From the NCBI GenBank assembly GCA_964247055.1, contig OZ176053.1:1240001-1304000 (forward strand): a stretch of 64,000 nucleotides of DNA. Reading direction: 5' to 3'. Positions 22,781 to 36,918 of this stretch are shown here, one piece after another. Within the stretch, counting starts at the first letter, position 1. Each line of letters starts with the position of its first letter. A program made the translations under genes and the position numbers. The notes beneath the pieces were generated by a model. The model did no database searches. It worked only from the letters and a program-made list of their open reading frames with translations, and had not been told where the DNA came from. This stretch comes from Paragordius varius (Eukaryota > Animalia > Nematomorpha).

Positions 22781-24839
22781 GTTTAAACCAAAATTGATAT
22801 AAATTTTACTCAAAACGGTAACAAAAACAGCTGAAAACGAATAATTACATAATATATTATGCTATATAGAACACACTGAAAATAAAAGAAAAATTGGATT
22901 AAATTGCGAATTTTATTAAGAAAAATTAATATTTAGTGTTGTAAAAATCGAGCGGTTTTTAAATGGAAATAAAAAATTTAAAAAAACAAACTTAGCTCTT
23001 TTTAAAATAAAATTAGGTGTTTTTATATATGATTAGTTGTTTTTCAGAAATAAACCTTAGATTTTAGCGGTTTTAAAGTATGACTCAACAGTTTTTTAAT
23101 ATTTAGCTGTTTTTTAAAAATCGGATTTTAAAAAGGTTAAGTATCTTAGAATTTAGCGATTTTTAATAAAAAAAATTTATCGGTTTCGTAAAAAACTTAA
23201 CAGTTTTTTAACAAAAAAATAGGGTTTTTTAAATAAATATTAGCTGTTTAATAAGCATATTTCAAGGTTAATCAAAGTTACCCTTTAATAAAAAATAGGT
23301 TTTATATATAAAAATCAATTTAGCAGTTTTCGTAAAATTTAGAGGTTTTATGATAGCTATTTGCAGTTTTAGAAATATTTAGCTAGGTTTCAATAATGAT
23401 TAGCTATTTTTAAAAAACTCTTATTATTTAGCGGTTTTAAATAATGATTTAACGGTTTTTAAAAATAAATTAGCGGTTTTATAAAGAATTGTGGATTTTA
23501 ATAATTATTGGTGGTTAAATTTAGTGGTTTTTCAATATATAATATTTTGTTAAAAAACCTCAGCAGTTTTTTTGATAAAAATTTAGTATTTCTTAGATTT
23601 GCGGTTGTTTAAAAGTTTAACGATTTTTAATAAAAAAAAAATTTATGATAAATAAAAGAATAATAAAATTTAGCGGTTTTTATGAGAAAAATATGTATTG
23701 ATATATATTAGCGGTTTATAAAAGGTATTTAGAGGTTTATATATCAATGTTACAATTGGCGTTTTAAAAGAAATATATCCTGTATTTATGTTGGTGGTTT
23801 TTCAATAAAATTTAGTGGTTCCAATAATTTTTAATGGGTTTTTTAAATTCAAATAATCCTCTTTTTTAATATTGTGGTTTTTAGAAAGTTTTACCAATTT
23901 TTATCTAATAATTTGTTTATTATTTGATGTTAAATCAAATAAATGAATAAAATAAAAAATAATTGATTTATTCATCACAGTTGTTCCTTTTAAAATACAA
24001 ACAACAGTCAATAAAGCCACCTGTTTTTACTTAGTCAGCCGTTTAGAATCAAGTGTTTATAATTAATACAGCCATCAAAGTTATTCTTATTTAAATGATG
24101 AAGACAGCTGTTTTAGTATATTTAATTAGATTGTTAAATCAACCGTTTTTTTTTTCAAAAGCATGCGATTAATAAACAGATTAATAAAACCAATGATTTA
24201 ATATAACAGCTGATTAATTAAAAATCTGATTAACTAAATAGACTGATCTATTAAAAAAACTTATTAAATAAACATGTGGTTAGTAAAAACAATGATTAAT
24301 AAAAAATTATAAAAGAACCTTAATATGAACACTTGGGGTTTCAAAAACCGATTAATAAAATACAAATAATAATTACCAAATTTCAAAATAATCGATTTTC
24401 CTGATCAGATTTTGGGCAAATAACTGAGGCAACCAACAAATTCTAAATTAAAAAAATGAAAATATACATATTAAAATAAATTTTTTTAAAAAAGGCCAAT
24501 AATGTAATTTATAAATAAAGGATTAATTTTAACTCTTTTGCAGAAAATGTTAGCAGATTTCAAAGAGTTGTTTTAAAAGAATATTAGCAGTTTAAAAAAA
24601 AATTTACTAGTTTTACAAGAATTTACCTGTTTTAAAAAAAATTTAGCGCTGTTGTAGATTTTAAAAAAAAATCTAAAAAGTTTTGTGGTTCTTTTAAATT
24701 ATCCTTATTATTTTTTGAAAGTAATCGTTGTTCATATAATAAATAAATTAATAGGAGAAAATAATTGATTACAATGGAGACAGCTGTTTTAATTAAAAAT
24801 GATTTGTGTATGTCAACCGCCTTTTCTAAAACAAGTAAT

Positions 24840-26560
24840 TTAAAATAACAGATTAATAAAACAACTGATTAATAAAAAAAATGACTGATAAAAATAACTA
24901 AAAAACAGTTGATTAATAAAAACAAAACTCATTAAACAATAAAAAAATTTAATTTAATTAAAACAGCTGGTTAATTAAAACAGCTGGTTAATTAAAACAA
25001 CTGATTAATTAAAACAACTGGTTAATTAAAACAGCTGGTTAATTAAAACAGCTGGTTAATTAAAACAACTGGTTAATTAAAACAGCTGGTTAATTAAAAC
25101 AGCTGGTTAATTAAAACAACTGATTAATTAAAACAGCTGGTTAATTAAAACAGCTGGTTAATTAAAACAACTGATTAATTAAAACAACTGGTTAATTAAA
25201 ACAACTGGTTAATTAAAACAACTGGTTAATTAAAACAACTGGTTAATTAAAACAACTGGTTAATTAAAACAACTGGTTAATTAAAACAACTGGTTAATTA
25301 AAACAGCTGGTTAATTAAAACAGCTGGTTAATTAAAACAGCTGGTTAATTAAAACAGCTGGTTAATTAAAACAACTGGTTAATTAAAACAGCTGGTTAAT
25401 TAAAACAGCTGGTTAATTAAAACAACTGATTAATTAAAACAACTGGTTAATTAAAACAGCTGGTTAATTAAAACAGCTGGTTAATTAAAACAACTGATTA
25501 ATTAAAACAACTGGTTAATTAAAACAGCTGGTTAATTAAAACAACTGATTAATTAAAACAACTGGTTAATTAAAACAACTGGTTAATTAAAACAACTGGT
25601 TAATTAAAACAACTGGTTAATTAAAACAACTGGTTAATTAAAACAGCTGGTTAATTAAAACAACTGGTTAATTAAAACAACTGGTTAATTAAAACAACTG
25701 GTTAATTAAAACAGCTGGTTAATTAAAACAGCTGGTTAATTAAAACAGCTGGTTAATTAAAACAGCTGGTTAATTAAAACAACTGATTAATTAAAACAGC
25801 TGGTTAATTAAAACAGTTAATTAAAACAGCTGGTTAATTAAAACAGCTGGTTAATTAAAACAGCTGGTTAATTAAAACAGCTGGTTAATTAAAACAACTG
25901 ATTAATTAAAACAACTGATTAATTAAAACAACTGGTTAATTAAAACAACTGGTTAATTAAAACACCTGGTTAATTAAAACAGCTGGTTAATTAAAACAAC
26001 TGATTATATAAAACAACTGATTATATAAAACAACTGATTAAATAAAACAAATATTTAAAACTCTAATTAATTAAAACAACTGACTAATTAAAACATCTGA
26101 TTAATTAAAACAACAGATTAATTAAAACAACAACAATTAAAACAACTGATTATTTAAAACAACTGGTTAAATAAAACAACTGATATTAAAACAACTGATA
26201 TTAAAACAACTGACCATATAAAACAACTGATTAATTAAAACAACTGATTAATTAAAGCAACAGATTAATTAAAACATATTAATTAAAACAACAGAATATT
26301 TAAACAACTGATTAAATAAAAGATTATTTAAAGCAACTGATTAATTAAAAAACTGATTAATTTTACAACTGACTAATTTAAAAAACTGATTAATTAAAAC
26401 AACTGATTAAATAAAACAATTGATATTCAAAACAACTGATTAAAAAGATTAAAACAACTGATTAATAAAAACAACTGATTTAACTGTATAAATACAAATG
26501 TTTAATAAAAATAACTGAATAAAAACCACTGTTTAAACAATAGATTGATAAAAAATAAAA
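24840..26560 (+). repeat. 17-bp satellite array, expanded and homogenised, copy B
   Basis: About 1 kb of near-perfect 17-mers at 24955-25990 with acaactgg, acagctgg and acaactga variants. Confidence 0.96.
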
Positions 26561-26896
26561 ATATTAATAGAAAACGCTTGGGTTTTTAAAAACTGATTAA
26601 AAAAATACAAATAATAGTTACCAAAATCCGATATCCAATATTTACTATCAGTTTTGCGCAAATAAATCAGGCAACCAACATATTCTAAAATAAAAAAGAA
26701 AATATATTAAAATAAAATTAAAAAAAAATGCATTTATATATAATGTAATTTATAAAAAACAGTTGGCATACTTTTGAATTTTAAAATTTTGTTTTTACAG
26801 AATATTTCAAGAAATTTTAGCGCTTTAATAAGAATTTTACTGCCTTTTTAAAAATTATTTAAATAGCGCTTTTAAGAGAAGTTACAGGTTACTTCA

Positions 26897-29270
26897 AAGA
26901 GTTTTTGCGTTTTAAAAAGGGTTTTTGCGGTTTTAAGAGTTTTTGCGGTTTTAAAAGAGTTTTTGCGGTTTTAAAAGAGTTTTTTTACGGTTTTAAAAGA
27001 GTTTTTGCGGTTTTAAAACAGATTTAGGGTTTTAAAAGAGTTTTTGCGGTTTTAAAAGAGTTTTTGCGGTTTTAAAAGAGTTTTTGCGGTTTTAAAAGAG
27101 TTTTTGCGGTTAAAAAAGAATTTTTACGGTTTAAAAGGATTTTTACGGTTTAAAAGGATTTTTACGGTTTAAAAGGATTTTTACGGTTTAAAAAGGGTTT
27201 TTCCGATTTTAAAGAAGTTTTTGCAGTTTTAAAGAAGTTTTTGCGGTTTTAAAGAAGTTTTTGCGGTTTTAAAAGAGTTTTTGCGGTTAAAAAAGAATTT
27301 TTACGGTTTAAAAGGATTTTTACGGTTTAAAAGGATTTTTACGGTTTAAAAGGATTTTTACGGTTTAAAAATGGTTTTTCCGATTTTAAAGAAGTTTTTG
27401 CGGTTTTAAAGAAGTTTTTGCGGTTTTAAAAGAGTTTTTGCGGTTTTAAAAGAGTTTTTGCGGTTTTAAAAGAGTTTTTGCGGTTTTAAAAGAGTTTTTG
27501 CGGTTTTAAAAGGATTTTTACGGTTTAAAAGGATTTTTACGGTTTAAAAGGATTTTTACGGTTTAAAAGGATTTTTACGGTTTAAAAAGGGTTTTTCCGA
27601 TTTTAAAGAAGTTTTTGCGGTTTTAAAGAAGTTTTTGCAGTTTTAAAGAAGTTTTTGCGGTTTTAAAGAAGTTTTTGCGGTTTTAAAAGAGTTTTTGCGG
27701 TTTTAAAAGAGTTTTTGCGGTTAAAAAAGAATTTTTACGGTTTAAAAGGATTTTTACGGTTTAAAAGGATTTTTACGGTTTAAAAGGATTTTTACGGTTT
27801 AAAAAGGGTTTTTCCGATTTTAAAGAAGTTTTTGCGGTTTTAAAGAAGTTTTTGCAGTTTTAAAGAAGTTTTTGCGGTTTTAAAGAAGTTTTTGCGGTTT
27901 TAAAGAAGTTTTTGCGGTTTTAAAAGAGTTTTTGCGGTTTTAAAAGAGTTTTTGCAGTTTTAAAAGAGTTTTTAGGGTTTAAAAAGAGTTTTTACTGTTT
28001 AAAAGAATTTTTACGGTTTAAAAGGATTTTTACGGTTTAAAAAGGGTTCTTACGGTTTAAAAAGGGTTCTTACGGTTTAAAAAGAGTTTTTCCGATTTTA
28101 AAGAAGTTTTTCCGATTTTAAAGAAGTTTTTGCGGTTTTAAAGAAGTTTTTGCGGTTTTAAAAGAAAGAGTTTTTGCGGTTTTAAAAGAAAGAGTTTTTG
28201 CGGTTCAAAAAGAATTCTTACGGTTCAAAAAGAATTCTTACGGTTTAAAAAGAGTTTTTACGGTTTAAAAAGAGTTTTTAGGGTTTAAAGTGTTTTTACT
28301 GTTTAAAAGAGTTTTTACTGTTTAAAAAGAGTTTTTACTGTTTAAAAAGAGTTTTTACTGTTTAAAAAGAGTTTTTACTGTTTAAAAGGATTTTTACGGT
28401 TTAAAAGGATTTTTACGGTTTAAAAGGATTTTTACGGTTTAAAAGGATTTTTACGGTTTAAAAAGGGTTTTTCCGATTTTAAAGAAGTTTTTGCGGTTTT
28501 AAAGAGGTTTTTGCGGTTTTAAAAGAGTTTTTGCGGTTTTAAAAGAGTTTTTACTGTTATAAAAAAGTTTTTACGGTTTTAAAACAGTTTTTTACGGTTA
28601 GAGTTTTTGCGGTTTTAAAAGAGTTACGGTTTAAAAAGAGTTTTTGCGGTTTTAAAACAGTTTTTACGGTTTTAAAAGAATTTTTACGCTTTCAAAAAAA
28701 AGTTTTAAGAGTTCAAAAAGAGTTTTTAGAGTTCAAAAAGAGTTTTTAGAGTTCAAAAAGAGTTTTTAGAGTTCAAAAAGAGTTTTTAGAGTTCAAAAAG
28801 AGTTTTTAGAGTTCAAAAAGAGTTTTTAGAGTTCCAAAAGAGTTTTTAGAGTTTAAAAAGAGTTTTTAGAGTTCAAAAAGAGTTTTTAGAGTTTTTTTTA
28901 CGGTTTTAAAAGAGTTTTTTACGGTTTTAAAAGAGTTTTTGCGGTTTTAAAAGAGTTTTTGCGGTTTTAAAAGAGTTTTTGCGGTTTTAAAACAGATTTT
29001 AGGGTTTTAAAGTTTTTACGGTTTATTAGGGTTTTAAAACAATTTTTACGGTTTTAAAACAGTTTTTACGCTTTCAAAAAAAAATTTTAAGAGTTCAAAA
29101 AGAGTATTTAGAGTTTTTTTACGGTTTTAAAAGAGTTTTTGCGGTTTGAAAAGAGTTTTTGCAGTTTTAAAAGAGTTTTTACGGTTTAAAAAGAGTTTTT
29201 ACGGTAATTAAATTTACGGTTTTAAAAGAGTTTTTATAGTTTTACGAGTTTTTACAGTTTTTGAAGAATT
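26897..29270 (+). repeat. 19/20-bp satellite array, copy B (longest)
   Basis: Same units plus the 19-bp TTTAAAAGGATTTTTACGG and AAAGAAG variants, arranged in repeated blocks. Confidence 0.95.
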
Positions 29271-32200
29271 TTAGACAGTTAGGAATTTTAGCAAAAATTT
29301 GAGCAGTTTTTTAATAATTGCAATTAAAAATTTTAGAGGTTTTTAGATAATTTTATGCGTTTAAAAAAAATTATCGATTTTTGAATGATCTTAGAAGTGT
29401 TAAAAGATTTTGTGAGGTTTTAATAGAATTTAAGCAGTTTTTAAAAAATTTAACCAGTAATTTTGGCACTTTTTTAGAAAATTTTAGCAGTTTCTAAATA
29501 ATTTAAACAGTTTTTAATAGTTTTAAGCGTTTAAAAAAATTTGAAGTTTTAAAAGAATTTAAGAGGTTTTTAAATAATCTTAGAAGCAGTTTAAAATTTT
29601 AATAAATTTTAGACTTTTTAAATAATTTTACAAGTGTTAAAAAAATTTTTTGAGGTTTTAAAAGAATTTAAGCAGTTTTTAAAGAGTTTGAGTTTTTGGA
29701 GAATTTTAGCAGCTTTTTAGATAATTTTAATAGTTTTCAAATAATATTAGCAGTTTTTGATAATTTTAAGCATTTAAAAGAATTTTTGAGGTTTTAAAAG
29801 AATTTTAGAGTTTTTAACTAATCTTAAAAGCAGTTTATATAATTTGTGCGTTTTTAGATATTTTAAGAAGTGTTAAAAAAAATTTTGAGGTTTTAATCGT
29901 CAGCTGATTTTAAAAAATTTTGATAGTTTTTAGAGAGTTATCCTGTTTTTAAAGAATTATAGCAGTTTTTAAAATATTTTTTATATAATATTGGCCTTTT
30001 TAAAGAATATTAAAATTTTTTACCTCTTTTAGAAACTTTCTAATAATTTTACATTTTAAATATAAAAAAACTGCGCTTTTTTTACGAAACATACCGCTTT
30101 TTAAGTATTCACAATATTAGCCCAATTTAAGAAAACTTTAAGAAATTTTACTCTTTTTAAGTGAGCGCTTTAAAAATTTTAAGAAACATACCGCTTTTTT
30201 AATATATCACAAGAAATATTAGCGCTATAAACCATTAAGAAGTTTTAATGTTTTCTCAATACCGCTTTTTATTATTTTTTATTGAAAAATTTTAGTAAAT
30301 TTTTAAGGTTTTTAGAACTTTAAATGCGTGTTTAAATACTATATTTTACAATGTGAAATATTTAGGAATCAAAAAACGAATTTTGCAAATTGGTGATATT
30401 TTAGATATAAAAATTCATCTCATATATTTGAATGTAAACATATTTTATACACACTTATTCCATATTTAGTTAAAAATATTTTATATTTAAACAACTAATT
30501 AAATAAGTAATAAATTTATTTTATTCAACACGCATGCACCATAATTAAAAAATATAAACAAGTTATTCAAGAACAGGAGACCAACATTGTAGCAATTATA
30601 ATTTAATAAATAGACATTTATTTAATTCTTTATTAGAATATCTGCATTGAATTGATAATATTTGCCAGGTTTTTATTAAATTTTAACATGAAGAAATTAT
30701 ACGAATTAATAATATGTGCTAGCTTTTTATTAAATTTTAACGTAAAAAATTATACGACTCAAACTAAATAGAAACATATGTTAAACTTTTTGTGTTGATT
30801 TCCTTTGACAGAAAAATAAATATTCAAGATCAAGAGAGCCATTAATAATTTGTAACAATATATAATTTAAACATTTATTTAATTTTATTAGTGCATTAAA
30901 TTACTAATATTTGCCAGGTGTTTATTAAATTTTAACATAAAGAAAATATACGACAAACTAAATTGTAACATATGTTAAACTTTTTGTGCTGATTTCCTTT
31001 AACAAAAAAATAAATATTCAAGAACAAGAGGCCTATTCATACTTTCTAGCAATATATAATGTAATAGACATTTATTTGATTCTAATTAGAATATTTGCAT
31101 TGAATTGAAAAATATTTGCTAGCTTTTTATCAAAATTTAACATAAAAATAATTATACGACTCAAACTAAATAGAAACATATGTTGAACTTTTTGTGTTGA
31201 TTTCCTTTAAAAATGTAAAATTTAACTAGACGAAAAAGGTTAGAAATACAACATTAAATAAGCCATTTATTCCAAAATATTATTAATTCTAGGGTTCAAA
31301 ATTTAGAAGAGATAAAATTATCAGCCAAAAGCAAGAAAAGATCAAAAAAATCTTGCATTAACTTTAAAATCCAATCAATAATAGTGCTTTCTACTGTGAT
31401 TTAAACAGTACCTTAAAGCAATTATAACAATCTATGTTATCATATAGACAAAACATGCAAAACTTACCATTGATTAGGTTAAATTGTTATAGTTTTGCAT
31501 TTCGATTGCTCCTCAACATGTAATTCACAAATCATTGTTCATTGTTTACGATATCGGTTTAAGGTAAAACTATAAATTAAAAAATTTTTTTTACCTTAAA
31601 TGGGTAGATATATTATTGGTTATCCTTTGGATTTCCAGGATTTAATAGTGTGTCTTTATTGAACATTTGTTTCGTCTAAATAATTAATTAAATTTAATAT
31701 AATTACCATAATAAAATAATCCATGTTAGCAACAATACATTGTGCATAGTCGGGATAAAAGATATAGGAAGAGAAATTAAATACATTTAATACATAAAAT
31801 GTAAATTACAAAAAAAAATTTAAATTAATAAATTAAATAATTTTTTCGCCTTTATATAGGGGGGAAAGCACACGTGTGTGTGCTCACCCAATCAAATTAA
31901 TGTGCGCATTGCGCATTTTCTCTCCCCTTCTAGAAAAATAGTGCACACGTATTTATTCCCTCTCTTATTTGTTTACTAATATGTTGCGCAACATACCTCC
32001 CATGAACGCGCACGTGCTATTTTTACTTCTTATTTAGCATGATGCAATAATATAATGGAAAAAAATAAATAAAATTATAATTAAATAAGTAAGTAAATAA
32101 TTTGAAAATATTTTAAAATCCAAATATATATCTATATTTTAGGTTATGTTTGATTAAATATTCCTAATATTTATTAATGATATATTAGTTAATTAGTACT

Positions 32201-32985
32201 TAATATGTTGAGCTTTAAGATATCATAAAAATAATTTAGAAAAACATAATTATTCCTAATTCTATATATATTTATCTAATCTTTATATTTATAAATGTGT
32301 GTAAATTTCATTGGTAGTATATGTCATATACGGGATTAATTAAGTTAACCACAATCTAATTAGTTTTATTTGAATTAAATATTATAAAAATTATATATAA
32401 ATATATATAAAAGTTTGCCTTTTAACCTGCACAAATTATTGTGGATTAATTGAAAATTATATATGATTTATCAGGCTATTATTTTATTTCAATTTGGTTT
32501 TATAAGGATTAAAAACTGTCTAGGGAAACTAGTTATAATAGCACAAAATAAGTTATACATATTAATATTGTTTTAATATTATAAGCCAAAGGTTGACATT
32601 TTTCTCATTATAAATGATTCAATCAAATATTGTAGCAGCATATAATTTATAAGTTAAATATCTTTTAATACTATATTGAATTTAGTAATCCAATTAATCA
32701 GATATTTCTCAATTTTATCAATTATTAATTAGGAATATGAAAGTCAAACTAACTCTGAAGTACTATCTAACTTTTTTCTTATGAAAAAGCTGGGTAGGAA
32801 AAATGCAATATTGTTGGGTAGTTTTATTATTAACTCTGGCACGAATTAATATTAATTTCAGTAGTTTTCGCAAACAGCTAATTAATATTCTTATTTGGAT
32901 ATCTCTTTCAACTAGAGCATTCATTATTATACTTTAAAATTGCAAAACCAACACAAATGTTTTAATTACTTTAATACAGAATAAA

Positions 32986-33104
32986 TTTTAGGGTTTTCGA
33001 GTTTGTGGGCTAGGGTTAGGGTGAGGGATTGGAGTTGGTTCTTTTTCTTAAAGAAGTCCGCAGGACTTCCTCGGGCTGCGAAGCAGGCCGAGACCCACGC
33101 ATTT
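32986..33104 (+). mobile_element. TTAGGG/double-hairpin element, unit B copy 1 (also 56890-57008)
   Basis: Matches 8468-8586. Confidence 0.5.
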
Positions 33105-33787
33105 ATTTTTGAAATATTTTTCTCTAAAAAATATATATTTACGAAACTTTATTTTATATTATCAATATGTGAAAAGATATTAATATTGGATAGATACTAT
33201 AATAACTCTCGTCTAAAGTAAATGATACCTAAGTTAAAATTATTTTTTAACTAACAATTATAGATATGTGCTAGTTTCATTAAAGAAGATCAATGGATAA
33301 AAATATCTTAGCTGTAAATTATCCTATCCTTAACATTTAACAGGCATATTTATTTATTTTTTATCAGTTTTATATATGAATGTTATTCAGTAATATACTA
33401 AATTAATTTTTTACTATCTACTTAATGTGTGATTAATGCTCAAAGATAATTATAATACTTATAAATTAGTATTATTCCAAATTAGGCCTTTCTAACAATT
33501 TCTACATTTATTGTTAAAGTAAAAACTTATTATAACTTAAACATATTGGCATACTTTTATACTTTAAATTTAATAAATGGGCATATTTTAAAGTAAACAT
33601 CAAAAGTTATTAACAATTAAAATTTAAGATAATATCTATGTTAATAGACTATCAATTCAATGCTAATTTTAGATTTAAACAATCTAGTATTTAATTTATA
33701 TATAGTGTTTATAACTAATATATCCCAATATTAAAAAATAAAAAGAACTTCGATGATATCGTAGAATTAAATGCAAGTTATAAGTAC

Positions 33788-33898
33788 TTTAAGGTTTTCG
33801 AGTTTGTGGTCTAGGGTTAGGGTGTGGAGTTGGTTCATTTTTTTAAAGAACTTCGCAGGACTTCCTCGGGCTGCGAAGCAGGCTGAGACCCACACTTT
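33788..33898 (+). mobile_element. TTAGGG/double-hairpin element, unit B copy 2 (also 57692-57802)
   Basis: Matches 9270-9380. Confidence 0.5.
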
Positions 33899-35500
33899 TT
33901 GTTAAATTTAAGATTGTTAATAGAAAATTGCGCTGATAGATGAGCATTGGTTATTATTTTAGCGTGGTTATGTAATATGTAATAAATCCTATATTGATAT
34001 TATAAACTCTGATAAATTATATTTTATATTAGAAATTATTGTTAGCTAAATTTCAGTATGTTACAGTTTTTTGTCATTGACTTTATATACCATCGCATCT
34101 AAAATATATATTTAATAAAAGGATATAGTAAATGACCAATATACCAATTAAACCATTTATGATTTTAAATTGGAAAATACGTATAAATAAAATAAAGGTA
34201 TAATAAATTTAAACCCTTATTATATAAGTATATACCGATTAAAATGTAAAAAATATTTATCAATTAATAATATACAATATCCTATATTTATTACCTTTTA
34301 TTGTAATCAACCATAAAAATTTATTTTAATTTTCTTAAAACTCCTCTTTGCCAAAAACTAATATTACGATTCTACAATGTTTGATTATTTAACTTAATTA
34401 AATATATATGAATATACAGGAAATATACAAAAGTACAATAAGATCACCTATAAATTTGATTTTTATATAATTATTGCTCAATAAAATAAATTTAGCAATA
34501 TATAAATTGATAAAAAATTTATGAAAGTATAGTTAAAGATTTCGAGGGAGATGGTTGAGGCGTATGTTGAGAGATTAGAAATGGTTCGTTTTCTTAAGAT
34601 GTCCGCACATTGCCTTATGGCATGCTTTCTGTCCACAAATTATTTCTAAAAATTTCAATCTTGCTTTTATTTACAAAATCCTAAATATCTGGATTCCGGA
34701 TCGAAAACTGCTTTTGTATGCTGGTATTATACAGTCGAAGATATAAAAAAGCAATCAATAACACAAATATATTTTTTTATATATGTGCCTACGATTTTTG
34801 CCAAAAAAATATATATTTTTTTTAAGTATTGGCTTACAAATCAGGTTAAATATACCCAAATTATTAATTACTATGTTAGCCTTGGATTTAATTGTGCCCT
34901 TTATCATAAAGAGGTTATGCTAAATTAATTTTACAAAATTAATAAGGTGATAATATTTAAAATTAGAACACAATATGAAAAAATATACGCATGCTGAATT
35001 TTCCATTTCTACTATATTTGGTTATTTTAAAAATATATACATTTTTAGTTTTAATCAAGAAGCGAAATACTCTAAACTGTTTTTTATTGACATAATCAAC
35101 TATCATACTCACTCACTTTGCCGATAAAACTATGCTTTCGCTTAAATTAATTCAAAAAACATCCATATATTAACTTATTTCGTTTATATCAGGCGAAATC
35201 CACACATGCATAAATTCAAAAATTTTCTATGCAAGCCACACTTCTTTTTGACAATCACATTTTCTAGCTAAATTTTAAATTACATCTCATTGATCTATCA
35301 ATAATTCCTAAATATTAACGAACGAACATTTATATTTATGAAAAATTCCAATTTGTATAATGATAAGGAAAATAAAAGAAGATTGGTAATCATTATTCCT
35401 ATATTTATAAAATTAAAAAAATAACTTTATGAACATATATAATAACTAATTCGTTTCTTCACAATGTTCAAATTTTTTCATTGCTTGTTTAAATTTTATT

Positions 35501-36851
35501 ATGAACTTACCGCAAAAGTATACTAATTATAATTTTTTGCTAGTATTAGTCCTGATTGATGTTAAGGATGTCGAAATTTATCCGGACAAAGTGGAAAAAC
35601 CCATATTGGGTGAGGAAATGAACCGATCAGCTTATATAACACTTCACAATACTTATCCGATTGATGAATCAAACCAATTAAAGTATTGTTTATTAAATAT
35701 TAACAGTAAAAATCATAAAAACTTATATAAATTACAAAATAACTATGGTTTTGGTGGGAAAACCATATTTTTTGACCAGTTGCGCAATAAGAATTTTAAA
35801 TTTAACACACAACCCTCAATTTAACTCTGGTCAATTGTATGTATGTAAAAAAAAATTAAAAAATAAAACGAAAATATTACATTATTACTTTATACTATAT
35901 ATATATATATTAGTCGTTATCAATCACTATATCCAAAATTAACGGTGCCAGACTCAGTCTTTTCAGTAGATTCGACTGATTCAAATCCGCTCTTCTCATC
36001 TTTCCATCAAGACAGCAATGAAATTCAAGAAAATATTGATAATCGGGATCTGTCTTTTATATCGACAATTTATCTGGACACCTTCTGGTATATTATTATA
36101 TATGAAGAATATTTTTACTTTACTGTGTAAATATTGGAGTTTTTTGAAATTTTCATTACTGGGGCTTCCCCAGTTAAAAAAGTTAGTCAATTTAGTTCAA
36201 ACGAAAAATCGAATTTTGCACATATTAGAAAGATTTTGATGTTTAAAACCAAATTACTTTTTATATATATGCAATAAAAACTGAAATTATACGGACAAAA
36301 TGTAAAAATATAAAGACAAATATTTTTTTCTAAAAGAAACTCATACTTTTTAAATCTTGACTTATTTCAATATAACTCATTGTTTTAATAAGGCAAAGTG
36401 TGAAACATATATATTACTATCACAATCAATTGTATATTTTTTTACAATGGTAAAATAACTTATATGGGAAACATTAAGATTCTAATAAGTATAGTTGTTT
36501 TTAGATAACTATATTTGTCTTTATATTTTACCGTTTTGTCCGTAAAATATTAATTTTCACTGTAATATAAAATTGATCATTTTCATGTAACCAAGTTTAT
36601 TTATTAAACTTAATTCGATTGTTCCGAGCTGGTCAGCTTTTTGTAACTGCTCTTTAATTTTATTTTTCCTCTAAAATAGAACAGAAATGATAAGCAGCCA
36701 CAATTCTGTGCGTGACATGGAAAACGAATTGAAGATAAACGAAGATGATTCATGGGCCAAATTGCGCATCGTTTTGTACAAAATGTTGGTTGATCTTATG
36801 CTTTACAATGATGTCCTAACCTATTTCCAATCCACATATCATATTTATTAA
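35501..36851 (+). CDS. NUP98: Nup98 autoproteolytic-domain gene, copy B
   Basis: Identical ORFs to copy A at offset 24518. Confidence 0.6.
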
Positions 36852-36918
36852 TTTACGCGTTTATATTTGCAAGAAAATAAATATAATCTTGGGTTGATTT
36901 GCACAAATGCGGTGTATA

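Larger units (their letters stand above)
1..23532. repeat. ~24-kb tandem unit, copy A (boundary set by window start)
   Basis: Sequence at 1 (caatatataatattttgttaaaaaacctcagcag) recurs at 23533 and 48023. ORFs recur at offsets 24518 (8485->33003) and 24489 (15136->39625). Confidence 0.97.

Noticed and set aside
24955-25990. CRISPR array
   Set aside because: The repeats abut with no unique spacers, there are no cas genes, and the context is eukaryotic.
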